Below, one piece after another: positions 26,243 through 39,400 of a stretch of DNA of 64,000 nt. The stretch covers positions 186,001-250,000 of the forward strand of contig NMRA01000269.1 in the NCBI GenBank assembly GCA_002633005.1, written 5' to 3'. Below the pieces are notes generated by a model. It ran no database searches. It saw only the letters and a list, made by a program, of their open reading frames with translations, and was not told the DNA's origin. Both the position numbers and the translations under genes were made by a program. This stretch comes from Phoronis australis. Taxonomy: Eukaryota > Animalia > Phoronida. Within the stretch, counting starts at the first letter, position 1, and every line of letters begins with the position of its first letter.

Positions 26243-27566
26243 ACACAGGTAGGCAGCCAGGAAACATAAAGACAGACAGTCAAACAAATAGACAGACAGA
26301 TACGTAGCGGGAAAAGGGCGGTCTCAGATAGATAGACAAAAAATAGGTACTTATATATAGATCGGACGAATGAAAAGATGGATGCCGGAACGACTGGATA
26401 GGCAGACTGACGTACAAACAGACAGACAGACAGTGAATAGTGTTGACGGTTCTCTCGTTGCTTGCTTGATCCTCAGTAGCTCGGTCATTATTACAAAATA
26501 ACAAGCGGTCGGATTTTAAAGTTAAAAATCGCTGAAAAACAAGTAATACAAAGAACAGTTTCTGCGGAATAACTTGAAAACAGGCGAAAATAATTTGAAA
26601 TTCTTTGTAAAGGGGCAGCTCGCTGTTCTCCGGTCTCCATATCCCTTCGTCCCACTGTTCCTCAGTCCTAACGTTCCCCCGTCTCTATGTTCCCGCCATA
26701 CCATTCTCCGAGCAGATTCCCCGGCCAGATATTCCTTCCCCACCCCAAACATAATTCATCCTGTTACCAGGTATTTTTACAGTGTGTTCATAAAGGAGAG
26801 CACGCCTCCTTCGTTGGTATGGCAAGACATGAACGTAGCTCATTTCCCTTATATGGAAAATATGACCTTTGACCTTTGATGTAAACAAAACAATGGCGAC
26901 TTCAAGCAGCAGCCAGTCCGATTAAGAGGCAATTGATGCAAGTTATAACTGTTCAAAATCAGTTATAAAGGTATCGTAGAATTCAAATATATTCTAAAAT
27001 GCACTTGGAAATCTTTTAGCGGAATTGCTGTCGACATCCGATTCGGAGTGCTATCACAAGTCACATGATATCACAAGTCACATGAAAATCTGTTGTGGTA
27101 TCCATCTTGCCAGTCAGCTGTTTGTCGAATGGCTGAGCGCATGCGCACATTGATCATAAGTCGGAGGGAGATTAGAAACTCTATGGTGACTACAGAGTTT
27201 TTAGCGCGTATTTCATAAATCATTAATTTTGTGTTGTTTTTTCTGAAAATTCCCTCACAGGGGAAGGTGAACAACTCTAGACGTTGCGAGGTGATACTTT
27301 CGTCAGGGACTGTTTAAAATATATTTTGACGAGATTTCCCGTTCTATACCTCTTTAAAGGTTGCGTCTGAGGCCCATGAACCCATGCAAGTGCGTCCAAA
27401 CGGTAAACGAAAAAACACTAAACTTTCTGAAAAAGCGCATTATATATGCTGCATGTTTGTGCTTGCGTGTTACAAGTGGGACACTTCAGATTATATTTGG
27501 ATAGTGCTTGTGGAAATTCAAGTAAAGCAATTTCTTCAAGATGACAGTTAAGTGTTAAGACGCTTG

Positions 27567-27719
27567 CAAGGGTGATCCAGGATTTTGAGTTGGGGGGCAG
27601 GGCAGAGTATTAGCCATGTTTTTGCTCGTCAGACATTCGCAACCCCGAAGTGCCAAATGGAATACGGGAGAATTTTAGGGGAGCATGGCCCCCTTGCCCC
27701 CCCCCCNAATCTGCCACTG
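27567..27719 (+). mobile_element. MITE family B, copy 1 (about 155 bp, 5-bp TSD GCTTG)
   Basis: Ends CAAGGGTGATCC / AATCTGCCACTG, with GCTTG at 27562-27566 and 27720-27724. Homologous to 28373-28534 and 35653-35805. Confidence 0.8.
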
Positions 27720-28372
27720 GCTTGAGCAGTTTTGAATTTCAGTTGTATCCAAGCAATACCATTGGTTAATATCAGCATGATTGCGCTTTTCTCTTGTTGA
27801 ATTATTCTTGTTGCGATAACTGTTTCACATAACCTGGGGTTGTAACACGTTGCATGTCACTTTATGGGTATATTATTAAATAAAGGTTTTCAACCGGGAC
27901 GTGGAATATAAGAGATGCGGTCGCGTTAGTAATTTCGTAAATACATTTACATTCAGAGAGTACGAGAAAGGTAGACGGAAAATTATAAATATTAACTGTC
28001 GTCCTGTTGTGTTTCAACGAGACTTGTATTAGAGAGGACATTCTGCCGAATTGTACTGTTAAGTATAATTCAGCTTTAAACGTATTAAAATACCTTTAAA
28101 GCCGATATATTGTTATTTTTCCACTAGCGGAATATTGAAATTTTTACATGTGGGTTTGAAGTGGTATATTATGACCATAGTACTAGAGGAACTGTAGCCT
28201 GTAATTGATGTTGTCCATGTTTATGCATCATTATATCGCATGACAGTTATTAAAAGTCCAACCACAAATAACAGATGTGATGATTAAAGATAATTCGCTT
28301 CTTGGACGGAACGAGCCATTTTATAGACGCTTTTTAAAGCCTTTCTGTACATATGAAAATGGTACCCTCTCT

Positions 28373-28534
28373 CAGCGGCGCCTTAGAGGGGGGCAAGGGG
28401 GCCATGCCCGCATCCTCTAAAATTCTCCCAGACCCCATTTGGCAGTTCGGGGGTGGGAATGTGTGACGGGCAAAATCCTGGCTAAAACTCTCCCCTGCCC
28501 CCCTCCCCAACTCAAAATCCTAGATCCGCCTCTG
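28373..28534 (-). mobile_element. MITE family B, copy 2 (inverted relative to copy 1)
   Basis: Reverse complement matches GGATTTTGAGTTGGGG...GCCAAATGG...GGGAGAATTTTAG...GCATGGCCCCCTTGCCCC. Confidence 0.8.
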
Positions 28535-29451
28535 ACTTTGTATGAATTTTAACAGGAAAAGAAGCCATATCTTGTGGAATTTTATTGTAAAAGGCAGTTT
28601 CGGAGAATTTATATGCTCGTTGAAATACGGGAAATTTATTTTACATGGATTTCGACAGTAAGAAGACAATTGTTGTTTTGCTGAAGTTTACGTAACTCAT
28701 ATCACACCTACACACACACACACGGCACACACAGCATCAGGCCTGACGCGACCGGACAGCAGATAGTTGGAAATTTAACTTCTCACTCTGGTTGCAATAT
28801 GAAACAACTAAAGCTGAAAGGTTTCAAAAGTTTCATTCTTTTTTATATTCGACATTAAACGGAGATCAATATTTTAGAAACGGCCAACTTCCCCGGGCTC
28901 TAACAATAATTCCTGTTACAAACAAGAAGGCCTTTGCATGATTAGTCCTAGCGACCGCAAGTAAATTGGCCAGAGCAAAGAGAACTTGGTTGTCTTAAAA
29001 CCAATTCTGCTTATGATCTTTCTAAATCACTAACTTTTGGTTTAGGCTACTTTCCTGTATAAAACTAGTCTCAAGTTGTTCTTTAGTCGGAATAGATGTA
29101 ATTGCGGTTGTAGGTGGCTCGTTATTACTTGTGACCACGCTCTACAGCTGGGCTTTTGACGCCGGCGATAAATTTAATACCTAGTTGCAGGCATGTTACG
29201 TGTCTTGTTATGCATCGACCATGGCTCCAGATAATAACGGCGTGTCAGTTATATCGAATCCCAGACACCTCTTCTCCAAATTGAGACCAGGGTTGATAGC
29301 ACTTGGTGCTCTAAATCAACAGTTCATTTGATTGACGGAGGGCGAATTTGTAACAGCTTTATGTGTCAGTCTCGTTAGTGCGCCAGTTTCTGTAGTAAAT
29401 TACCTCAGGCGTACATGTTATTGTAATAAATAGAAGAGAAAACTCATCACA

Positions 29452-29600
29452 ATTGTTGTTATTGTTATTATTACCATTGTCATTATCATCGTTAGTATTA
29501 TCACTATCGTTATTGTTGTTATTGTTATTAATATTATTAATAATATTAATATTAATATTATAATCATAATTCTCATTCTTATTAATATTATAAGTAGTAG
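29452..29600. repeat. Compound (ATT/GTT)n microsatellite
   Basis: Imperfect trinucleotide repeat; it explains the Asn-rich spurious ORF. Confidence 0.85.
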
Positions 29601-30023
29601 TCACTGCAGTTTCTAACACTTCTATCGTCATTGTTAACGTTAATTCCAAATGGCATTTGCTAGTCAGGTACCTTCTTTTGAAAGAATGCTTATCATAACC
29701 AGGAAGTCAAACCATTGCTTACAACGCAGGTCTAACACTGGTACAATATCAAAAACTACAAAAGGGAATATGTGAAGTTTAAGTAAATCGTGTCCGCTGT
29801 TGTGTTTGATGTACGGGCAATTGTAATTTACAGTTGCAGCCGTGCTTTCAATTTGCCATAGTTGCTAAGGTTACACAGATCAAGCATCACTATTGGCTTA
29901 TCTGATCGTTGTAATCCTAACTGCACTTGTGTAAACAAGGTCAGATCCGGTCTGGGGAGCCAACTGACAGTTGTAGACATTGGCCCCATAGTGGTGATTC
30001 ATTCTCAGCTCGACTTCTGAAAG

Positions 30024-30411
30024 ATGATGCTGGAGCGATATGGTCTTTGCCTTTGCCTCTGGTTGCTGCATTGTGGCGTTTGTGCGCAACGTCGTGGTCT
30101 CCAATGTTCCGACGCCGACGGAAGGCCGCAGCGATGTTTCCCGCCTTTCGTGAACGCCGGCTTCTTGGTGCAGTCTGTCGAAGCCACGAACACGTGCGGT
30201 GCGCACGGACGACAGGAATACTGCGATATGGACGGTAGCTTCAATAGGGACTGCGGCCGCGTTTGCGATGAAACCGCGGGCGATGTTCAAGTCACGGGTC
30301 ATTCTGCTTCCTTAGCTGTGGACGGTATGCCAGACACCTGGTGGCAATCAGAGTCGCTATATGATGGCAATCTAAGCTATCCCAATACAGTTAACCTGAC
30401 TATTCATCTCG
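30024..30411 (+). CDS. Laminin-gamma-like exon 1 (signal peptide + start of LN domain)
   Basis: [28 protein letters not shown]...[12 protein letters not shown], donor gtgag. Confidence 0.92.
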
Positions 30412-33400
30412 GTGAGTTTGTTGAGCAAGATCTGACTTTTCGGCTAATATCATGTCGATGAATTTTAATTTGTTAAATACTTGCTTATACAAATAATAAA
30501 TGCTAATAGTGGACGCAGTCAAATACCTTTAGGGTCACTGTTCAGCAAAAAATAAATACCTGGGTCCTATTTTACAAGCAAGCCAATAGCCATACAGAAT
30601 ACCTACTAATTTCCGACAGGAAACAACGTTATATAGGGTTCTGTTCCCTGACCAGGTGGCACCAAATTTAATCATGAGCTCACTGCATATTACGTCAGCA
30701 TGCAGACAAGATGGTTGTGGAAATACGCTGACTGAGTGTCTCATTGACTGGCACTAGTTTGCATACAATGAGTCTAGGGGACGATTCAAAAACATTTACT
30801 AGAATAAAATAGAACATTCGGATTTTAGTGGCGTTATTTAATGGCGGATTTCTATCTTTTAGGAGTATGAATATTTGTGATGGTCACGTGAATGAAACAG
30901 AGGGTGTCCAGATCCTTTATAATCACGACCCAAAGGAAAGTAAATACTAAATTTGACTTAGTCAAACATTTGCCCCGCTCCGTGGTTCCAAATTTTAATT
31001 TCTCTCTATCGCTACCACTTCCCCCGCCCCCCGCAACGGCCGTCGTCAATGACCCTGCCCTATTATACAGATGTGCTGGTTTTGCTGTTTGGTATGCAGA
31101 CCTCGATGAAGTAGTCACCAAGAACCTAGGTACCCGTATTTCAATAAAATTTCACGAGAAAGGGTCTCTCTTCGTTACGCCCGGTAGGCGCTTAGGGTAT
31201 TATTTTGACCTTTAGGGTGCCAAAAAGATGTACTTCCCAAATAAGAGACTCCGAGTCCTATCGCGGGCTGCAAAATCTGGCGAAACATAGGGAAAGATAG
31301 CACCACTATTTCGCAGTTGAGAAAAAGGATCATTGTCCCGGAAACTTCCATTTAGATTCATTTTCTAGGATCCAGACTGGGGCATAGCTCACTTTATTAG
31401 GGCCACGCTTTGAAAGTTTACTTTGACAGAATGAAGTCCAAGGGTCCCTAATGTACTGTCTTACGGGCTGTCTTGTTGAAACGGCAAATGATATAGAACT
31501 GACGGAAAATCTTCAACCAACGTCAAAATTTGCCAAAACACCAATTTCTCAGACGGTTATGTCAGATCGGCTACAATCATCCTGTAGAGGTCGGTCGGCT
31601 ACTTGGTTTCACCAGTACGAGGAATACGCTGGATGCATGTTCAGATCTTCAAGGTAATTTTCATGGAATAAATGAAAATATCTGCCACGGATCTGAACTA
31701 AACGTTAAAGACAGACTTCTCTTTGCATTCACAATTCAAGAACACGTACAGGACAGATGTGTTTCGTCAGTCGAAAAATGTGACTAAAATCTAAATATTT
31801 CACATTTATTCGATCATTTTTGTGTTTGCCTTATTTTACTATTAATTTCTAATTATTTTTTAATTTTAAAAATTGTTTCCGCGATAAGCTCACTACATAT
31901 GGCGGCAGTTAATAAGTATCCATAATGAGTCACTAACACGGCCATTTTAGGCTGTGGTGCACCACCAAAAATAAAAATAAAAATTCATATTCAATTCATT
32001 AAATTTTAGTGAAAATATTTGGAATTGCGTTGGATGAGCATTATGTGGGCTTAAGTTTTTGATGAATTAGCTTGCGTTCAAATCCGTGTTATGAAGTTTT
32101 TAATGAGTATGAAAGCCATTGTAAGTCGCCAAAGTCCCTCGATCTCGGATAAAACCGGCTTAGATTATTTTACTTCAAATACATGTATGCCTTCTAGTAA
32201 TTGCACCACACTCTGTTATGTCCGTTCTAAAACAGCAATTAAGAGAGATATTTTGATACTTCCAGGTATTACTAGCTCTGTAATGTTAAACATATTTCAA
32301 ATAAAAAATCAGACTAGAGGTGGAAGCAAACAGTCATGCTTGGCGTTCACGACAGCGGATAAAAGTACATCGTCCGCAGTGTAGTGTGCAACATTTTATA
32401 GTGATAATGACCACCAGGGGTCCGTGCTGCACACCAGCTAGATATACGGAACATTATCAAAAGACGATGATGCTGGCCAGCAAACATTTTTCATGCTGTG
32501 TTGGCTGTAGATAACAAAGGAAACCAATCGAGCAACACGGATGTGTTTACAAATTCAATATTTTAATGTTGATGAACCTCTTGGAAATCAGCAAGAGACT
32601 CGCTTGCCTCATTAAAATGAGTTTACAGAAATGAGCATCAGCTCAGAAGCGCACCCACTAACTCTGCAATGGCATACACATTTTCAAACCTGTCAGTTCT
32701 GAACATGTATATTTCAACACTTTTGCGCTCTATCGACTCGTCTGGCGCGGTAATCTAATTCCGTAACGGGTTAAGATGAATGTTCGCGTCACGATGTAGC
32801 GCGACCAAGATTGGTAGGTCACAGAGTCCAGGAATGGATTGATTAGTTAGCTGGCTCACATTCCTACTTAAAAGGAAAATATTATTCAGAAACTGACCGA
32901 AGCAGTGGAATCCGTTACTGTGGCTATACTTTGCTGACATATAGTCGTGAGGAAGTTAACATAAATTATGCAACGTGGAATGACCACAAAGAACCTTGTG
33001 ACTGAGTGCGACTGACCTGTTAACGATGTGATGAGCGGACAAGTTCAGAAACTGCTTTCAACCTGCTGTTGGCATTTCCTTTTTGAGTGAACAATAAAAG
33101 CTGATATGCCCTGATAAATATCCAACTATAAAAGGTTTGCACTCGACATTAATTGTCATTGCCAGTGTTAAGTGTTAGTTTATTGTCGTTGATTTGACAG
33201 TTTTGGAATGACTCAGTGATTTGGGTCTCTACTGATCATTTCGCCCAGGGGCACTGAACTCACTTCACAAGGATGGACCAATTAAGATGTTGGTGCTTGG
33301 TTTAATAATTAAATGATAGGAATGCAGAAGTTGAAAATAACGGAATACTCAAACGCATTCCATTCAGCTCGCAATCAAACGGGAAGCTAAAACATAAACA

Positions 33401-36400
33401 CTTTCCCTACGCCACGCCCTTGTAACAAAAATGTTACATAGTAGACTTTTCATGCCTTAGCCTCGCCCCCTAACGTTAATGTCGAGAACCAGCTAGCATT
33501 CACACTGGAGAAATAAAACGTAGGATTGACTTTCACTGGTTCACTGTATCTTGAAACCGAGAGTGTGCGCTTTCGGAGGGCCATAAATCTTTCACTTCAA
33601 GCTAAGATAAAACGACTTTTAGATGGTTTTTAACACATCAAAAATAAAATCCAGTGAACTGCAACCAGATCTCGTTAGTACGATACAAGATTTTAGGCAC
33701 GCCGTGTATCACATTTATATTAAAATGATACGTATGTTTTATTTTCCCCTGGTTAGGTCGTAGTGGAAACTTTTTATTTATATGCACGTGCTCTTTTTTA
33801 GGAAAGTCTTATGTCATCACTTACATTGAAATAAACTTCCGCCAATTTGCTCCGGAGAGTTTTGCAATTTACAAACGAACACACTCGGACAGTCAATGGA
33901 TTCCATACCAGTACTACAGCGGCAATTGTGAGACAATTTATGGAGTGGCGGCCAACGGTGTTCCAGCGTCTGAGATGGACGCCACCTGCTCGGACCAGTA
34001 CAGCGACATTTTCGCAGGGCTCAATGCACGGGTTGTATTTAGTACCCTTGAAAACCGACCGGGAAGAAGAAATCACCAAGACAACATGCAGATTCAGGTA
34101 CACCCCATGTTGTTCTGTCTTTAAAATGTACGCAACGCATGGAATACTGCAGATGTAAAATATTTTGGGGTTAGCGAGACATTACGAGTTATTTAAGTAT
34201 TCTTTTAGGAATTGACCAAAGGGTGGGAAGCGAAATTGCATAATTTCAATATCCAACAATTTACATGTGCGCGAACTTATTCGAAGTTGGGCGTGGTGAG
34301 TTTTGTTGTATGTTATCTGCGTGCAAGAAGAAACTCGAGACTAGGCACACTGAATGTCAACCTGATTAAGATCCTCAAATGTGGGTTCCAAGTTCCTGTC
34401 GATCCCCAAGTAAGGCCACCTCTAGTTTCTACTGAAAACGTGCATCCACTTGCATGAATGTGTTGAGTTCTAGAATTTCTGCTGGTCACGTCAACTCATA
34501 TCGTGCGCTACATCGCTTCTGATAGGCAACTCCCATTGCTATGAGTAGCTACTGTAATTTTCTTCGTTGGACGCAACAACTGTTAAATGTAACGTTTTTA
34601 ATAGTTTTAGTCAAACTAGAAGCAAGAACTGGTAAACAAAAATGACGCTAGAGTGCAGCATGAAAACGACGTTTCGATACTAGGCAAACATCATCCTCAG
34701 GTACACTCAAACAGAATGAAACAGAATACCGTAACATAATGCTCACTTAGCATCACAATGCATGATACAAAATCTGTCAACTAAAAATTGTTTTGCTTAA
34801 CTATTGAGGATGATATTTTCCTAATATCGAAAAGTCATTTTCATGTGACACTCGAGCGTCGTTTTCGTAACGGTTTGAATGTTCAAATTTTTGGCCAGTA
34901 GCTGTTACACCAATTTTCGGCCTTTCCCCGAGTCTGTGAATACTTATTTTCAGACCTACTACTTGGCTATTAATAGCTACATGTAGCTTCGTTGAGGAAT
35001 CTAGAATATTCAGGAAAGAGGCAATCACAATTTTCGGAGGAAAAATGTTCGCGCTACTTCAAAATTGACATGCTGGCGGCTTTTTCGTTACATTTTTTGT
35101 TGGGTCGGGTCCGGAGGGATATGGCTGGTCTCTTGCCCTCCTCTTTAAATTTGCTTTTGATGGAGTGATGCCCTGTAAGTACTACAGTCTGGCCTACTTT
35201 CTATTAATACAGGAATGGATCACGGCTACGGACATTCGAATAGTTATGAGCAGGTTGTCGACACTCGGTGACGAGGCGTTTGGTGAAACAGATGTACTGA
35301 GGTCTTACTTTTACGCCATTAGTCACATCGCAATAGGTGGCAGGTAAGTGGAAAACTCTTTTGCGAACTCCCAGGGAAAGTCCCGGGAATAGGCTCCCAC
35401 AGAGGCCATGAAGAGACGTGCTGCTAAGTCAAGTTATATCGGTTCTCCTTTTGGAAATCGTTGTTAGATGGGTAGGTCCACTGTTACTTTGGTAACAAAA
35501 GAGGTGACTACGCGAAAGTGCTATGTTTCGTTTTTCATCAGTGGCATGTCTCGGATACTCATTTTTCCGGCTGTCGTTGACAAGGCATTGTGGTGAGTTT
35601 GCGGTGGCAAATGCCTTCACGTTAGGTGGAAGAAAACTTTATTTGGTGGTGGTAGGGGCGGATCCAGGATTTTGAGTTAGGGGGGAGGGCAGAGTATTAG
35701 CCAAGATTTTGCCGTCAGACATTCGTTCCCCGAACTGCCAAATGGAATCTGGGTGAATTTTAGGGGGGCATGGCCCCCTTGCCCTTTCCCCCAAATCCGC
35801 CATTGCTATTGGTCATTTTCTGTAAAAAGAAAATTCGAAATCTGTGAAAGATCAATTCATCGATATTCACCACAACTAATAACAAAGAAATACTGCTCTA
35901 TCAAACATAAACCACTCCCCACGAAACACTCCCATTTTTTGTATACGGCAGGCTTATGTGAAAAACTGGAGAGTGTAGACACGTTCCGAAGCCACTTTTC
36001 GAACTAGAAAGTAATAAACGAGATCGTAAATCAGAGTGTGTACATTATACAGTGGTCCAAAAGTTATGTACGGTGGCCTAAGCGGGAAATCGTAATGCGT
36101 GGACGGCGACTAAAAGGCGACTTCGGCTGTTCTGATCTAAGTGATTGCGACGGTTGTCGGAAATCCGCGGCAGCTTTATAGTCCACCATCGTACACTGAT
36201 TACAGTAATTTTGCTGACATCTTTAGCTTTCCCACTGATATTTTGTCGTTCAGTTTTGTACTGGCCTACGCTGTAGTCTTCCACGGGTGAGATTCTCACC
36301 AGGAAACATATTTTCGTTAGTAGTAACCTCAGCCCAAAATTATTTAACCAAACTAGGTCGTGGTGGGATTCTTCTCTCAAAAAGTGACAATGTTCCGTGG

Positions 36401-39400
36401 CAGATACTACTGTTCCGTTTCGCATACAGTAAGCCCACCCCCGGGTCAAGCCTGCTCAGAGTCATGCAGGGCAAGCAATGAACTACCAGTTCTTCCAGAA
36501 TCTCTAGCCGAACTGGGTAAATCTAGCCTGTGTAAGGAACGAGTTAAGACCTGGGTAGAATCTCGCTAAAGAAGCTAATATGACCACGTGCTTTAGTTCA
36601 TGTGTAATACGTGGCGATTTGTCACGACGTTTCGTGTGTACTTGCGTTTTCGCGAGACTCTCGCCCCTACGAAACGCACGCCAAGAAAGTGGTCTAATCA
36701 AAAGCTATATTTGACAGAGGGCTGTGAGCACAGGCGCTTGAGTTTATCTGTTCCCCGATCACCACTGACGTCACTCAAGTTTCTTGTATATGGTTATGAG
36801 TCATCGGGAAATTCGAGTGTCTGTGGCTCTGAGCAGCTTCAATGGAATACCACAGACTTTACTCAAATTAATCGATTACATTTCCGATCCTTTGGCAGGT
36901 GTCAGTGCAACGGACACGCTAAAAACTGTTCCAGCAGCGACAAGTCAGGAGAGGGACCAATTTGTCAATGCGAACACAACACAGCGGGAAAGGACTGTGA
37001 TCGATGTATGCCGTTCTTCAATGAAAAGCCCTGGACTCCCGCAACGTCGGCAAACCCTAACGAGTGTCTCCGTAAGTTCGTTTACACACTGACGGAAGGT
37101 GTAGTAGATTAAAGATCCATTTCGTCGTGCTTAGCATTAGGCGTTTACCTCGTCAAATCGGCCTGACTCATAATTTCTTTACCGTAGCATGACTACTTCT
37201 TTTGTCAACGAGAACATCGAAGCTATCAACGAAGTATTCAAGAAAAGGCTTCAAAGTTTATTTGTGTTGGCCTATGCCTTGGATTTGCGAAGTCCACAAA
37301 TTACTCAAGTATTGCTTGTGATTTGAGGTGGTAACGAAAATGGAATCTTTTCACAGGAAGGAATGTGAGACTGATTTTATCAGAGTAAATGACCAAATTC
37401 AGTTTTCGATGTTTTTTCACAAGCTAACTAGGGCGAAATGCAACTTAACGCAACTTGGATTAAAACAGGGCTGCGTTCCGCAAGGGCAATTTCTGGCAAG
37501 TTCAAAGGGATCGCGCAAGTCTTCGCAAGATACCGCCATGCATCAAGCGAAGCAACTGGTCTCGTTAGATATAATTTGTCAGATCTTGCGTTATCGAAAT
37601 TGCCCTCAAGAACAACTGACGATATTGGGTATGCGAGAAGAACATTTCATCGAAATGTTTTGTATGACAATACTAAGCCAGCCAAAAACACCTGATCTAT
37701 CTTACTATTTTGAAGGGATTGAGGAGTAATCTTTCAACTGCGATTCATATCCCTATTTACTACTTGCACGAATTCGCCATTATGCTTGAGAAAGAGGTGT
37801 TTTGTCCAAACTACAAAGGTTCTGCATGTTTGCAACACGCCCGCTTTCACGACGTTACACTGTTTCACAGTGCTACGAAAGGTTTAACATCATTTCTCAT
37901 TGGTTAAAGTAATGAAACCGACGTCATAACATTCAGTCATTCTCATTGGTTGAAACCTGGGAAACCCCTTTCAGTTTCCTGCCAGGTAGTATGGCGACCA
38001 CCTGTGACTTGAACAGTAGCGATTGATTAAAACGGACACAGTGATCGACGTAAACAAAATCATGGAAATCCCGATCTAATGGTACAATGCATGGAAGGCG
38101 TGTGCAAGTGGTGGATGTGATATGCGCATTGATGCCCACACACGGAATTCTTTGTGTCGTTCATCATGTTTCCACAGGGCCACTTTTCACTATAGGTGGC
38201 ACTGTGTCAGAGGGTAGCTTTCACGTTTGCGTTGTAAAAATTGATGCTAAAGCGAGGCACTGTGTCCTAAACAACAATGCACAACAATCATTTTTGTAGC
38301 ACCACCAAAGTGTGCAAGTAGTGAATGTTAATCAAAGTATTTTACAATATAATTTTGTTACAGCCTGTGACTGCAATGGCCTAGCAGACAATTGTTACTT
38401 CGACATGACTCTTTACAATGCCACTGGACATGGCGGTCATTGTGAAAACTGCCGGAACAATACAGACGGCCCTCGGTGTGGGAAGTGCAGAGCAGGATAC
38501 TGCCGAGACAAAGTGTCTGGGAATTGCGTCTTGTGCAAAGGTGAGTGCGAAGCGGTCTTTACTGCGAAGTAGCCTACGGCACACGACGGGTCGTACACGG
38601 TGTCTGTAAGTTCGAATGACAATAGCTGTAGAACTGCGCTCGATTGGTGTAAATGAGTGGAACGGCAACGGGTGGTTTCTGTGTGACGCGATAGTATTTA
38701 GATACGAAAATCTGTCCTCACTGCGCTACCGTTCTGACACATGCCCTTAGATTATGGTCGATAATCCGAGGTGTTTCTCCACAGTGGGCCCAGAGATATA
38801 TTCTCGACTGATGCAATGTGTGCAGTGCCTTAAAACTATTTTATTAGCTGTAGGATTGATACACTAATTTAATATGTACACTGAATACTCCGATGTGGCC
38901 ATGTGTGTCGCTTGTGACTGTCATTCACATATGTTCCTCAAGTTTGCTTGTTCGCGTCAGATTCTATTAAAGAAAAGAAAATGTTTGCGAGCGAGGGTCA
39001 ATTTTGTTTAATGTTGTGACTTAGGTGAATTCCTGAGCATAGGCATCCAGCTGATTGATGCCTGTCATATGTTTTTGTATCTCGACGCAAGCTTTTTCCC
39101 TCGTTTGTTCTCGGTAAATCGTTGAGTGCCCAAACTCATCGAAAATCATCTTTGATCTGCTTCCATTGAATGTTTGTGGGATTAACCATATGGAGGACGA
39201 TATTTGTGTTTAGTTTACATTTTCCCGCGGCCTGATTGGCTGGAATTAATAGCTTGATTGACAAGTCGGAACTATCCATTGATCCAAAAGCTGTTTTCGT
39301 TGAACGACTGTTTCCTGCGATGACTTTTTAAAGCGCAAAACTAAATTGAGGGTACCTTTAGCTCGCTAACAACTAGTCCTAAGCATCACGGTTTGTCTCA

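Noticed and set aside
30024-38540. Calling the LN-LE gene netrin-1 or a full laminin gamma chain
   Set aside because: No LE3 or NTR domain, and no L4/coiled-coil exons were found. Residues are gamma-like but the gene appears to end at 39561, so no gene symbol was assigned.
39025-39125. Alternative terminal exon for the laminin-like gene (ttag|GTGAATTC..., GEFLSIGIQ...), or the acceptor at 39404
   Set aside because: Weaker pyrimidine tract, no recognisable protein feature and no better fit than 39419. Not excluded as minor isoforms.
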